From: a virus
Virus record (IMG/VR): IMGVR_UViG_3300006925_000008
Coordinates: 33,369-97,368 of that record
Strand: one strand, 5' to 3'
DNA length: 64,000 nucleotides
The translations under genes and the position numbers were made by a program. Within the stretch, counting starts at the first letter, position 1, and each line of letters begins with the position of its first letter. The notes beneath the pieces are model-generated. The model saw only the letters and a list, made by a program, of their open reading frames with translations. It did no database searches and was not told the DNA's origin. Shown piece after piece: positions 40,488 through 49,020 of this stretch.

Positions 40488-41792
40488 TCACCGCTTACTA
40501 ACAATGTGTTCAACCAGTGAAGTATCATCAAACATTCTGTAAGCCTCTTTATCCTCATCAAGTGTCGTCATTCCTTGGGGGGCGGAGGCTTTGTCCTTGC
40601 CCGCTTGGTTTCCAATTTTGGCTTCTTGACCGTGTTCAGGAGTTGACTTTTTCATCCTATTGAGTTTGTTTAGCATCTGTTCGATTTTACGGAGGAGGGA
40701 TTTGACCTCGGCACGGTTCAATGATGCGAGACCGCCGCCCGACTTTGCTAGAGAAGGCAATGCGTCTGATGTCCCTAATGGGTCTCCAACTCCTCCGGGG
40801 CTAATGCGCTCCCTTCTTGATGCTGATGCTGATGTGGGGTTTGTCCCCATTTTGGGACTAGAAGGCATTTTTGTTGAGGTTCCTTTGGTTCCTCCAATTG
40901 TTCCCCCTCGTCCACCTGATGCTGAAGTATCATAGTGGTGAGACATCCCACGAGGCATTGCCCCTTGCTTTCTTCGCTCACGCTCATATGCCTTTTTCCT
41001 CTCCCATGCAACAGGGTCTCGGAGTCGGAGAGGGATACCCTCCGCTCTAGTAGCACCAAGCATTCTCAACGGCAGGCTCTTTGTATTCGGATTGAACGCT
41101 TGACGCTTTGAATATCGGTTGAGGTTTCTTTCTGCTGAAGCGGCACGCCTTTTCGTAGCGGATTTGATTTCACGACCACCACGGGCTGTTTTCTTGCCTT
41201 TTCCTTTTCGTTTCTTCTCACGCTTGCGCTTGAGTTTTCCTTTACGCTCGTCTTCATGAGACTCGTCGTCCTCTTCGTATTTGCGACCTTTGTATCTTCG
41301 CTTTGCTTTTTGAAGGACATCAGTCATTGAAAATGGGACATACCCAATGTGAAGTGCTATTGATTTACCTATGTCGGATTGATATGAGATTTGGCCTGTT
41401 GGACTTCTGATCGGACCAACATTCGCACCAACTGCTTGAGATATACCTCGGCCCGCTAAACCCATGTCAACGCCCAAAGCACTTTCTAGTAATTCGCTTG
41501 AACCTTCACCTTGAGGACTTCTTGAAATCTCCTCATCAATTTTAGCAGGCTTCATTGAGATATGCGGCAATGCTGGTTCTAATTCAGCCAATGCACGCTT
41601 TCGTCTTTTCTTAGCATCGGCTTGGTCCGTGCTTTCATAGTCTTCAGGACTTTGACGGCTATGGTGCGACAACCCCTCATTGTCCTCATTTGGATTGACA
41701 TCGTAGTCGCCCAGCATCTCCCTTGGGTTATGACCTCCGGTAAACTCTTGGGTTCTAGGTGTCCAAAGAGCAGGGTCACGAGGGTTAGACAT
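40488..41792 (-). CDS. Highly basic disordered protein (possible DNA-condensing core protein)
   Basis: Lys/Arg tracts (KLKRKREKKRKGKGKK) bounded by LQKA and LAKS. Confidence 0.55.
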   Translation of the reverse strand: MSNPRDPALWTPRTQEFTGGHNPREMLGDYDVNPNEDNEGLSHHSRQSPEDYESTDQADAKKRRKRALAELEPALPHISMKPAKIDEEISRSPQGEGSSELLESALGVDMGLAGRGISQAVGANVGPIRSPTGQISYQSDIGKSIALHIGYVPFSMTDVLQKAKRRYKGRKYEEDDESHEDERKGKLKRKREKKRKGKGKKTARGGREIKSATKRRAASAERNLNRYSKRQAFNPNTKSLPLRMLGATRAEGIPLRLRDPVAWERKKAYERERRKQGAMPRGMSHHYDTSASGGRGGTIGGTKGTSTKMPSSPKMGTNPTSASASRRERISPGGVGDPLGTSDALPSLAKSGGGLASLNRAEVKSLLRKIEQMLNKLNRMKKSTPEHGQEAKIGNQAGKDKASAPQGMTTLDEDKEAYRMFDDTSLVEHIVSKR

Positions 41793-42204
41793 TACCACGG
41801 GCTTCCCTCCTCATTGTGTTGTAATAATTCTGAACCTTTACTGGCAGGGATAGATACCAGTGTGCTAAAGAAGGTGTTCTAGCGTATGACTTCGCCATGG
41901 TGATCATCGATTGCTTCAAGCAATTTAGCACCTTGACGGCTTCGGTGAAAGGGATTTTAGGACCGCCGGTCTCCATCAAATCGACAAAGAGCATACGGAC
42001 TTGTAACAAATCACCATAAATGGTCATTGCTACATCCTCCTGTCCTTCAATATCAAAAGAATCCATTGCTTCATTCCATTCTTTAACCACGAAGTCCAAT
42101 GCATTCAAAAAACAAACCGCATCAGTTGGATTATCAACAATACCCTCGTGCAAGATGTCCTCAAGGTCTGTATCCTTAAGCATCAACTCGTGTATTGTCT
42201 TCAT
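41785..42204 (-). CDS. Hypothetical helical protein
   Basis: Start moved to MKTIHELMLKD behind GGAG. Confidence 0.6.
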   Translation of the reverse strand: MKTIHELMLKDTDLEDILHEGIVDNPTDAVCFLNALDFVVKEWNEAMDSFDIEGQEDVAMTIYGDLLQVRMLFVDLMETGGPKIPFTEAVKVLNCLKQSMITMAKSYARTPSLAHWYLSLPVKVQNYYNTMRREARGNV

Positions 42205-42221
42205 GTTAAACAACTCCTTTT

Positions 42222-42524
42222 TCAGCGGCATCCGGGTAACTCTTTTGCACAGTTACCATTCTTAGGACCATCAGGGGCATAATATGGATGTTCCGGTGTT
42301 TTCTGTCCACCACATGCTTCACATGTATCGTCATCAGGGTTGAAATCAGACTTGACAATACTCCACCCGATTGTAAACGCTTTACTAATTGTTTCAACCG
42401 TAGCATTGCCGGGTGCATGGTCAGCACACGGGCCACAGCATCTCATCTCCGTTTCTTCATTTTGAACGGTATGCGTTGCCTCACCCGTGCAATCCTTATC
42501 TTTTCCCGATTCACACCTAGCCAT
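42222..42524 (-). CDS. Two-module Cys/His zinc-binding protein with internal AFTIGWSIVKS motif
   Basis: ATG at 42524 behind GGTGA; two Cys clusters separated by the motif. Confidence 0.6.
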   Translation of the reverse strand: MARCESGKDKDCTGEATHTVQNEETEMRCCGPCADHAPGNATVETISKAFTIGWSIVKSDFNPDDDTCEACGGQKTPEHPYYAPDGPKNGNCAKELPGCR

Positions 42525-42529
42525 TTTAA

Positions 42530-42721
42530 TCACCAAATTGAAATCTCCCACGCTGTATCAAAAGCCTTCTTCAAATCCGCTGGATGTTTACCTTCTTTTT
42601 TGAGGTCTTTGTAGCAAGCACACATAGGTTCTTTCTGTGAACATTTCATATTGCCCTTCTTCATGCAAGCGCATGGTTTACTCTTTGTTGCACCACAGCA
42701 ACAACCATCATTATCAGCCAT
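42530..42721 (-). CDS. Metallothionein-like Cys-rich peptide with C-terminal AFDTAW motif
   Basis: CCC, CAC, C, CAC in the first 37 aa. Confidence 0.6.
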   Translation of the reverse strand: MADNDGCCCGATKSKPCACMKKGNMKCSQKEPMCACYKDLKKEGKHPADLKKAFDTAWEISIW

Positions 42722-43427
42722 CTTCTAAAACCCCCGCTTCAGCCAAAGACTGTCTCAATTCACGCCATTCGGCGGGAGACTTTTCAGCAAAGTGAGCCTG
42801 TATTACTGTGAGGACAGACATCGAATGACCCTGTTCAATGGTTTCAGCCTTGTCCATCCACTTAGCCAAATCAGTCAGGGTCTCCCTAACTTCTTTATGC
42901 ATTTTGATTGCGATTTGTAAATCAGCCGCTGTCGCCTGTTCCTCTTCATCCCTCATTGCATTCTCAACATGATCGAGATGTAAAGACAAAAGCCGGTCCA
43001 TGCGGTTCATGTTATTTTCAACACGCTTCAATGAATCTGTTACTGATGACATTGCCGATGGTAACACCTCAATCTCGACTTGTTTTTGAACAAGAGGTTT
43101 CGTGTGCTTCTCCATGTGGTCAAAAAGAGTCCCCTCTTCAATACCTAATTCAACTGCAAAGTCTTCGACAGTCGCTCGGCCTTCAAGAATTGCTTCTTCT
43201 ATTACCGCCCTGTCACCGTTGGTGCATACTGGGCAATCTGAATTACTGTTGTTATGATACTCGCCGGAATGCCGCCTCATGTGGCGGTGTGCGGTTCCTT
43301 CAGCCCAGCCTTGGTCTTTATCGAGAGTCTTGACATCCAACATTCCGACTCGGATTTGATGTTCAAAGTCATCCCTTTCAGGGTGCTGACAAAAGTGGCA
43401 ATTCGCCCTTGTCTTACGCCCCGCCAT
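42714..43427 (-). CDS. Tandem zinc-binding HTH protein with coiled coil (terminase small subunit candidate)
   Basis: Duplicated CxxC...HxxxH/HTH units followed by a helical oligomerisation-like region. Confidence 0.5.
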   Translation of the reverse strand: MAGRKTRANCHFCQHPERDDFEHQIRVGMLDVKTLDKDQGWAEGTAHRHMRRHSGEYHNNSNSDCPVCTNGDRAVIEEAILEGRATVEDFAVELGIEEGTLFDHMEKHTKPLVQKQVEIEVLPSAMSSVTDSLKRVENNMNRMDRLLSLHLDHVENAMRDEEEQATAADLQIAIKMHKEVRETLTDLAKWMDKAETIEQGHSMSVLTVIQAHFAEKSPAEWRELRQSLAEAGVLEDG

Positions 43428-43448
43428 GTATGGCCCATGTCAAGTGCC

Positions 43449-43628
43449 TCAATTAGCCTTTTCATTCAACTTACCATGAATTGTGCAATATCCTTCGTAT
43501 TTAGGAGATGCCAAACGCTTACACGGGTTCCCCGTTTTTGTCAATGCCTTACACTTCATTGAAGTGTCTTCCTTCGGCTTCTCTTGAACGGGCGGAGCCT
43601 CGATTATTGCTTCTCGATACTCCATCAT
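43449..43628 (-). CDS. Small C-x9-C-x10-C-x2-H zinc-finger protein
   Basis: CKALTKTGNPCKR...YCTIH. Confidence 0.6.
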   Translation of the reverse strand: MMEYREAIIEAPPVQEKPKEDTSMKCKALTKTGNPCKRLASPKYEGYCTIHGKLNEKAN

Positions 43629-43647
43629 TGGCGACAGGCGATACCTG

Positions 43648-43920
43648 TCAATACCGAAAGGATGCGAATTGTTTGATCGCAACCGACATGGTGAAAATAA
43701 GGCCAAAGAATCCAAGCATCATTTGGGTGGCTGTCAAGTCCTGACCCCGCCAAATCAATGTCACCAAAGAGAATAACAGGAACGCAATTATGAATATCAT
43801 TGTCGCACTTTCGACTAGCATTTTATTTGGAGATACGAAAGCGTCAAGCGTATTTGCCCAACTCACCGTATTCATGTGTTCGTCCTGTAACTGCGTTTCC
43901 GACTTTTTTCCTTCATTCAT
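43648..43920 (-). CDS. Small two-TM membrane protein
   Basis: Two hydrophobic segments (MIFIIAFLLFSLVTLIW; MMLGFFGLIFTMSVAI). Confidence 0.7.
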   Translation of the reverse strand: MNEGKKSETQLQDEHMNTVSWANTLDAFVSPNKMLVESATMIFIIAFLLFSLVTLIWRGQDLTATQMMLGFFGLIFTMSVAIKQFASFRY

Positions 43921-43930
43921 TTAATTCACC

Positions 43931-44572
43931 TCAAAGGCCCATAGGGGACATTACCGCCCCTGCTTTTGCCACATTGCCCATGGCATTACCCATGCCGCCT
44001 TGTTGTTGCATTTGGTTGCCTAGCATACCGCCGAGTAAACTGCCAAAGAATCCGGGTTGTTGTTGGTTCATAGCCATTGGATTATGAGCCATTAGGAACA
44101 TCTGTTGTTGTTGCATTCTTTGCTGGATTCCCATGTTGATGTTGTTTTGCACTTGTTGTAGTGTGAGTTGTAAGTTTTCAGGGGACATTGTTGCCAAGGT
44201 TGCTGGCATTGAAGAAGTATCGATAACAAAGTTTTCTTCAGCGTCTTGCTTAAACTTCACAGACTGGAAAAACTCTTTGACGGCCAAAGTAACAACTCCA
44301 CCCATCAACTCGATCAGCATTGCGAAGTTTTGCGAGACAATGAAATCAGACACGGGGTCATTGAAATCAAGAAGGCGAGCGGTTGCAGTAATGGGGTCAT
44401 TAGCCATTTGTTGCATCATTGGATTTTGAGCCTGTTGACCCATCATCATAGCACCCATACCTCCTTGATTCATTCCGTTCATTCCGTTCATTCCTCCTGC
44501 ATTGGGTTGCCCAAAAGAGGGGGTCCCAAATTGAGAGGTTGGTGTTGCACTATCTTTTGAAAACCAGCCCAT
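43931..44572 (-). CDS. Gln/Met/Gly-rich protein
   Basis: Low-complexity ends; MGWF amphipathic N-terminus. Confidence 0.65.
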   Translation of the reverse strand: MGWFSKDSATPTSQFGTPSFGQPNAGGMNGMNGMNQGGMGAMMMGQQAQNPMMQQMANDPITATARLLDFNDPVSDFIVSQNFAMLIELMGGVVTLAVKEFFQSVKFKQDAEENFVIDTSSMPATLATMSPENLQLTLQQVQNNINMGIQQRMQQQQMFLMAHNPMAMNQQQPGFFGSLLGGMLGNQMQQQGGMGNAMGNVAKAGAVMSPMGL

Positions 44573-44576
44573 TGTT

Positions 44577-45533
44577 TCATTCTCCTGTTATCGGTTGTAG
44601 CGTTGCCGCCTGTGGTGATGGCACAGCAACCTGATTCATCATACTTGCGCTACCTGCTACTCCGAGATATTGATTTTGCATTTGCTGGCTTTCTAACTGC
44701 AATGCACGAAGGTCGAATGTGACCATGACTATATCCGCCACGCCACTTATTGGATTTGGATGCTGGACCATGGTTATGCCTTTGCTATGTGCGGCATCAC
44801 GGTGAATCATTTCAAAAAAAGGCTCATACTTCTGAAGAGACTCCAATGTTGATCGGTTTTGTTTTTTACCTTGCATACCCTTCATCATTGCCCCAACTCC
44901 GGGTATTTTTTGAAATCTAGTCCCTTTGCTGACCTTTTTCCCAAAACCTTCGCTTTCTAATTCATGTTCCTGCGTGAGAGAGGTGAGGGTGTGCTTAATG
45001 TGAAGGTGAGCGGGACAAAGCGTGCTATTCATTTCATCTCCGTGGTCGCCGTGGGTTCTAGCATGTGGCTTCTTTGCCTGTCCAGTGTCCTCGTCAAACC
45101 AATAAATATCCGCCAAAGATAAGCCCACTCGCTCATCAACAATGTGTGCATAGGCGTTATCCCCTTCTAGGAACCTTCTGACATCAACCCCACAACACGC
45201 ACACTCATATGCGGCATTGTAACGATATATTTTGAAAAGTCCAAGATTGTAATTAGGCGGGCGTAACGCTTTACGAAGCATTTTGATATTCTTTTTACGA
45301 GCCTTTTTGGGGTTTTTAGGATTCTGTTTTAATTGAATCTCAACAGTTGGGATTAGCATCTCTTGTTTGTCATCAACTCCGCCGGATGAGCCGGAAGAGG
45401 CCATTTCAGCCCTTTGCTGTGCCTTGATTAAATCAAAACTGATACCGCTTTGGGCCGACAAAACACGCAACTGTTCGTCATTCAATGAAGTAAGCGAGGG
45501 GGTTCCTCCCCCCATAAACGGCATCCACGCCAT
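44577..45533 (-). CDS. Hypothetical protein with CxxC...CxxH zinc site
   Basis: ECACCG...LCPAH. Confidence 0.6.
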   Translation of the reverse strand: MAWMPFMGGGTPSLTSLNDEQLRVLSAQSGISFDLIKAQQRAEMASSGSSGGVDDKQEMLIPTVEIQLKQNPKNPKKARKKNIKMLRKALRPPNYNLGLFKIYRYNAAYECACCGVDVRRFLEGDNAYAHIVDERVGLSLADIYWFDEDTGQAKKPHARTHGDHGDEMNSTLCPAHLHIKHTLTSLTQEHELESEGFGKKVSKGTRFQKIPGVGAMMKGMQGKKQNRSTLESLQKYEPFFEMIHRDAAHSKGITMVQHPNPISGVADIVMVTFDLRALQLESQQMQNQYLGVAGSASMMNQVAVPSPQAATLQPITGE

Positions 45534-45574
45534 ATACCTGCCAGTCCTGACAGGCTGATAAGGGTGGCGGTAAT

Positions 45575-46306
45575 TTACATCCCTTCTATCAATTTAACCA
45601 AAACGCTTTCAACATTCAAACCATGTTGGGCTGAAATCGCTTCAACTTCAGCCCTTATCCCTGCTTTTCTTAGTCTCTTGAGTCCATCTCTAAAGGGATA
45701 TACAATAGGATGTTCTCGCTTCATGTTCATATCCCAAAGGGCTTTGGCGTTATGGTCATACCAAATGTCCATCTTGTTGATCAGAAGACAAAAAAGTTTA
45801 GGCTCATACTTGTTTGCTTTACGCTTCATCCGACGATTAAAGGTCGAAGGATACCGTTTTTTGAGCAAAGCATCCACTACATATTCAAAACCAGCGACGG
45901 CATCCATCCTGCATTGGAGATTTGTTAATACTCGATGATCAACCATGTAAATGACAACCTCAACCTTTCGACCTATCATGTCCTCAATCCAAAGGTTACG
46001 AAACTGGGCCTGACCGCCTATGTCATTGTTGACAACAGACTTCTTGTCTTTTTTCCATCGCAACAATTTTCTTTTTGCTTTTGGCATTCTGTATTTTTTT
46101 GTATCCGTTTCATAAGCGTGAGTCGTTCTAAACTCAAGAGGGATAGGGTCTATATCTCCGGGGACTGTCAAGTATTGGTCAAGAGTTGTTTTACCCGCCA
46201 TCGAAGGGCCATATATGCCAAAGCGGTAAGGTTTGAGTATTCGATATATCTGATGGGCGACTGTTATCGAACCTAGGATAAAATGTCCTGCGACAAGCGC
46301 ACTCAA
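45575..46306 (-). CDS. Small Ras-superfamily GTPase, Arf-like
   Basis: G1 GPSMAGKTT, G2 RTT, G3 DIGGQAQFRNLW, VVIYMVD, G4 NKMD, G5 ISA; hydrophobic N-terminal helix. Confidence 0.88.
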   Translation of the reverse strand: MSALVAGHFILGSITVAHQIYRILKPYRFGIYGPSMAGKTTLDQYLTVPGDIDPIPLEFRTTHAYETDTKKYRMPKAKRKLLRWKKDKKSVVNNDIGGQAQFRNLWIEDMIGRKVEVVIYMVDHRVLTNLQCRMDAVAGFEYVVDALLKKRYPSTFNRRMKRKANKYEPKLFCLLINKMDIWYDHNAKALWDMNMKREHPIVYPFRDGLKRLRKAGIRAEVEAISAQHGLNVESVLVKLIEGM

Positions 46307-46319
46307 ATTGAGGTCCCCC

Positions 46320-46541
46320 TCATCGGTTGACTATGTAGTCCCAAACATCGGACGGAGTATATCCTAAAACATCCAAACCAAAAAGTAATGCGAAGGTGAG
46401 ACCAACCCCGGCAATCATCGCTATAATTGTTCTTACCCATCCTGCCATCCTCTCCATTTTTCGTTCATATGAGTTTTCAGCAAGAATCATAGACATCGCT
46501 TCCGCTTGTCTTTCCTGCTTGTTGGTGAACGGCCATACCAT
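46320..46541 (-). CDS. Small single-TM membrane protein
   Basis: IIAMIAGVGLTFALLFGL. Confidence 0.7.
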   Translation of the reverse strand: MVWPFTNKQERQAEAMSMILAENSYERKMERMAGWVRTIIAMIAGVGLTFALLFGLDVLGYTPSDVWDYIVNR

Positions 46542-46557
46542 GAATAGACCTCCTTAA

Positions 46558-47043
46558 TCAGTCATTTTCATTGTTTTCACTGGTTTCTTCATCAGTCGAT
46601 GAACCCTGCATCTGTTGCCATGGATAACCAAACACCTGCCCCTGTGACTGTTGCTGGTTGTTTTGATAGTAATTTTGTTTTTGGTTCCTGCGTTGCATTA
46701 AACGCATTTGGCTTCTTTGCCATTTGTCATAACGATGCTCTTGGGATAATTCCGCCCTGATCGCCAAAGAGTCTCGGATGCCACCCACATGAAACAAAAC
46801 CATTGCGGTGCATAAGAAACCGAATGCAATTAGTCCATATTGTAGTCCCATTTCACCGGGGGTCGCATTTGGTAAATACCACCCTAAATGAGAAACTGCA
46901 ACTGCGCTTCCTGTAAGCAATGCCTGCCATAGCAACATGGCTATCAGATTTACATCGATTCGTTGGTTGTCTTGCGCCCAAGGAGGAACCCCTCCGTTTG
47001 GCGAATGCGGTCCTTGTGGCCGAATTGGTCCATTTTGTTTCAT
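46558..47043 (-). CDS. Two-TM membrane protein with Gln-rich tail
   Basis: Two hydrophobic segments followed by a polar C-terminus. Confidence 0.7.
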   Translation of the reverse strand: MKQNGPIRPQGPHSPNGGVPPWAQDNQRIDVNLIAMLLWQALLTGSAVAVSHLGWYLPNATPGEMGLQYGLIAFGFLCTAMVLFHVGGIRDSLAIRAELSQEHRYDKWQRSQMRLMQRRNQKQNYYQNNQQQSQGQVFGYPWQQMQGSSTDEETSENNEND

Positions 47044-47257
47044 TTTCCTTCACCCGATTTGGTTTTTTCGTTCTTGAAATACTGTTCAAGAACAAAATTG
47101 ATGAACGACGACTTAGATTCCCTGCCTCTTTCAGACTCCATTTTTACATACAAATGGTCCTGCATTACAACTGAAACATGTCGGCTCATCGTATAATGCC
47201 AACCCTGACAGCCTTATGAGCATTATGATGAAGTAGTGAGACCGTTTGGGGTATATC

Positions 47258-47755
47258 ATGCCGAACCTGATCGAAGCCGTAAATGCAATGAGGTCATACA
47301 ATAATACAATTGAAGCAACCTCTCTCGACACTTCAGCATTAGCGTCATGGATTGACAGAAACGCAAACACGAATGTGCAACGCCAACAACAATTCTCAAC
47401 AGATGCGGCGATAGGAGTCTTAAGTTACTACGGGCATCCTCTATTCACCAGTGCAAATCTAAACCAGTCTCAAATGGACTGGACGGCTTTAATGGCATCC
47501 GCAGAACAGATTCTTCAACAAGAAGTAACTTGGAGTAACCAACAGGTGTCAATAGCAAACTTGACTATGTTCGCTCGTTTGTTTGGTTCTGATGTTAGTT
47601 GGCTAAACACTTGGGCCAATGGACGAATGGCTCCGAATACAAGCATCGAGTTTATTGTAAACGAATTGATTTCCGATTTTAGAACCTGTCAAGGTCAAAG
47701 CGGTGCGGGTTCGATCAACCACCAGTCTCATACGCCGGTTTCACCAATACCCTGA
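47258..47755 (+). CDS. Hypothetical protein, opposite strand
   Basis: Only long ORF in the gap; ATG at 47258; converges on the GP88-like gene. Confidence 0.6.
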   Translation: MPNLIEAVNAMRSYNNTIEATSLDTSALASWIDRNANTNVQRQQQFSTDAAIGVLSYYGHPLFTSANLNQSQMDWTALMASAEQILQQEVTWSNQQVSIANLTMFARLFGSDVSWLNTWANGRMAPNTSIEFIVNELISDFRTCQGQSGAGSINHQSHTPVSPIP

Positions 47756-49020
47756 AGATTGAATTGCGAGAGGTCAACCCCATCCATTGGGACCTGAACC
47801 TGCTGTCTTTCAGCGAGTCTCATGTTTGTGTTTTGAACCGCTTGGTCGTGAGAAGCCTGTTCTAATGGGTTTCTGCTCATCATAGCGGCTTTAGTCGTAT
47901 GCCCTGAATAGTCAATATGTTTGATGCTTGGGTCCCAGCAGGCATTGCACCCGTGCGACTCGCACTTACCCATGTCGTCTTTTTGGCCTGCCGATGGACA
48001 CACCCACACGCTGTCAGGTGCTAGATGTGACGCATTCATTGTCGATACGCTGACTTGAGGGTGTTGAGACATGTATTCCTCGATTAGACCCTGCGCCAAT
48101 TGATTACCTTTGGGTGTGGACATACGCAATGCGAGGTTTTTAGGAATATCCGCATTAGCCACGCCGCCATTGGCATCCATCCAAGTCCCAACATGGTTGT
48201 ATTCACGAGTCGGCAACCAAAACTGCTTTTCAGGATGCGCTCGTGCTATGTCCATTAACATGGACAAATGTTCGGGGGACTGTAAATCTCCTGCGGAAAA
48301 CAGCCGGATGTGGTCTCCCGCTTGATGGTTTTCGATTTGATATGACAAAGCGGCGGCATAGAGCATAGGGTTGGCCATGCCTAGCATGTTCCTCCATTGA
48401 ATACGCTGGGGGTGTTCTTGATTTTGTCTGCTGTAATCAGCATAACAGCCATTGCACGCTGAACCCTCCACATTTCTCAATTTTCCTCCTACATTACAAG
48501 CCGCTGTTGGGAGGTCTTCAGCACCGCCCCACATTTTACCGGGGGATGAAAGCCCCCCGTATCCATCGTATGAGTTTGAATTGACTCCTTTTATCCCGCT
48601 TTTCTTAATCCATTCAAGTATTTGCCTCGGAGTCTGTGCGGGCATACCTGTTTGATTTTGATAAATGTCTTTCATGACATGACCGCCCTGACCGTTCCTA
48701 AATTGAACGCCTGCGCCTGTGATCGGATAAGTTGCTAGTCCCGCTCTTGATTCGTCTATTGCTTGTTGCCATGTCGGGTGTATTGGCAGTTTTGTTGCCT
48801 CAATCATCGAACCGGCTCCACCGGGACCCTCGTAGCCTCTCGACGCACGGAATACATCGAGACCTGTTCCCAACTGCGGCAATAACTCATTCACCTCTTT
48901 GATACTGCGGAGGAGGATGTCCTTCACTAGAGAGTCATGCATAGGACCTCCGCATGAATGACAAATCAGGTGATGGGTGTCATCATGGAGGATTGCATTT
49001 TCAGGGTTGCCTCGACTCAT
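47728..49020 (-). CDS. GP88-like Cys-rich (radical-SAM-related) protein with N-terminal extension
   Basis: C...CxxCYA, IRLFSAGDL, FWLPTRE, LRMS and CP...C...CxxCW; ATGA overlap at 49017-49020. Confidence 0.65.
   Translation of the reverse strand: MSRGNPENAILHDDTHHLICHSCGGPMHDSLVKDILLRSIKEVNELLPQLGTGLDVFRASRGYEGPGGAGSMIEATKLPIHPTWQQAIDESRAGLATYPITGAGVQFRNGQGGHVMKDIYQNQTGMPAQTPRQILEWIKKSGIKGVNSNSYDGYGGLSSPGKMWGGAEDLPTAACNVGGKLRNVEGSACNGCYADYSRQNQEHPQRIQWRNMLGMANPMLYAAALSYQIENHQAGDHIRLFSAGDLQSPEHLSMLMDIARAHPEKQFWLPTREYNHVGTWMDANGGVANADIPKNLALRMSTPKGNQLAQGLIEEYMSQHPQVSVSTMNASHLAPDSVWVCPSAGQKDDMGKCESHGCNACWDPSIKHIDYSGHTTKAAMMSRNPLEQASHDQAVQNTNMRLAERQQVQVPMDGVDLSQFNLQGIGETGV

Noticed and set aside
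42524-42566. Frameshift joining AFDTAW to LVIKM to rebuild a full tag
   Set aside because: The downstream gene has its own GGTGA and ATG at 42524, and there is no slippery heptamer; two separate genes is simpler.
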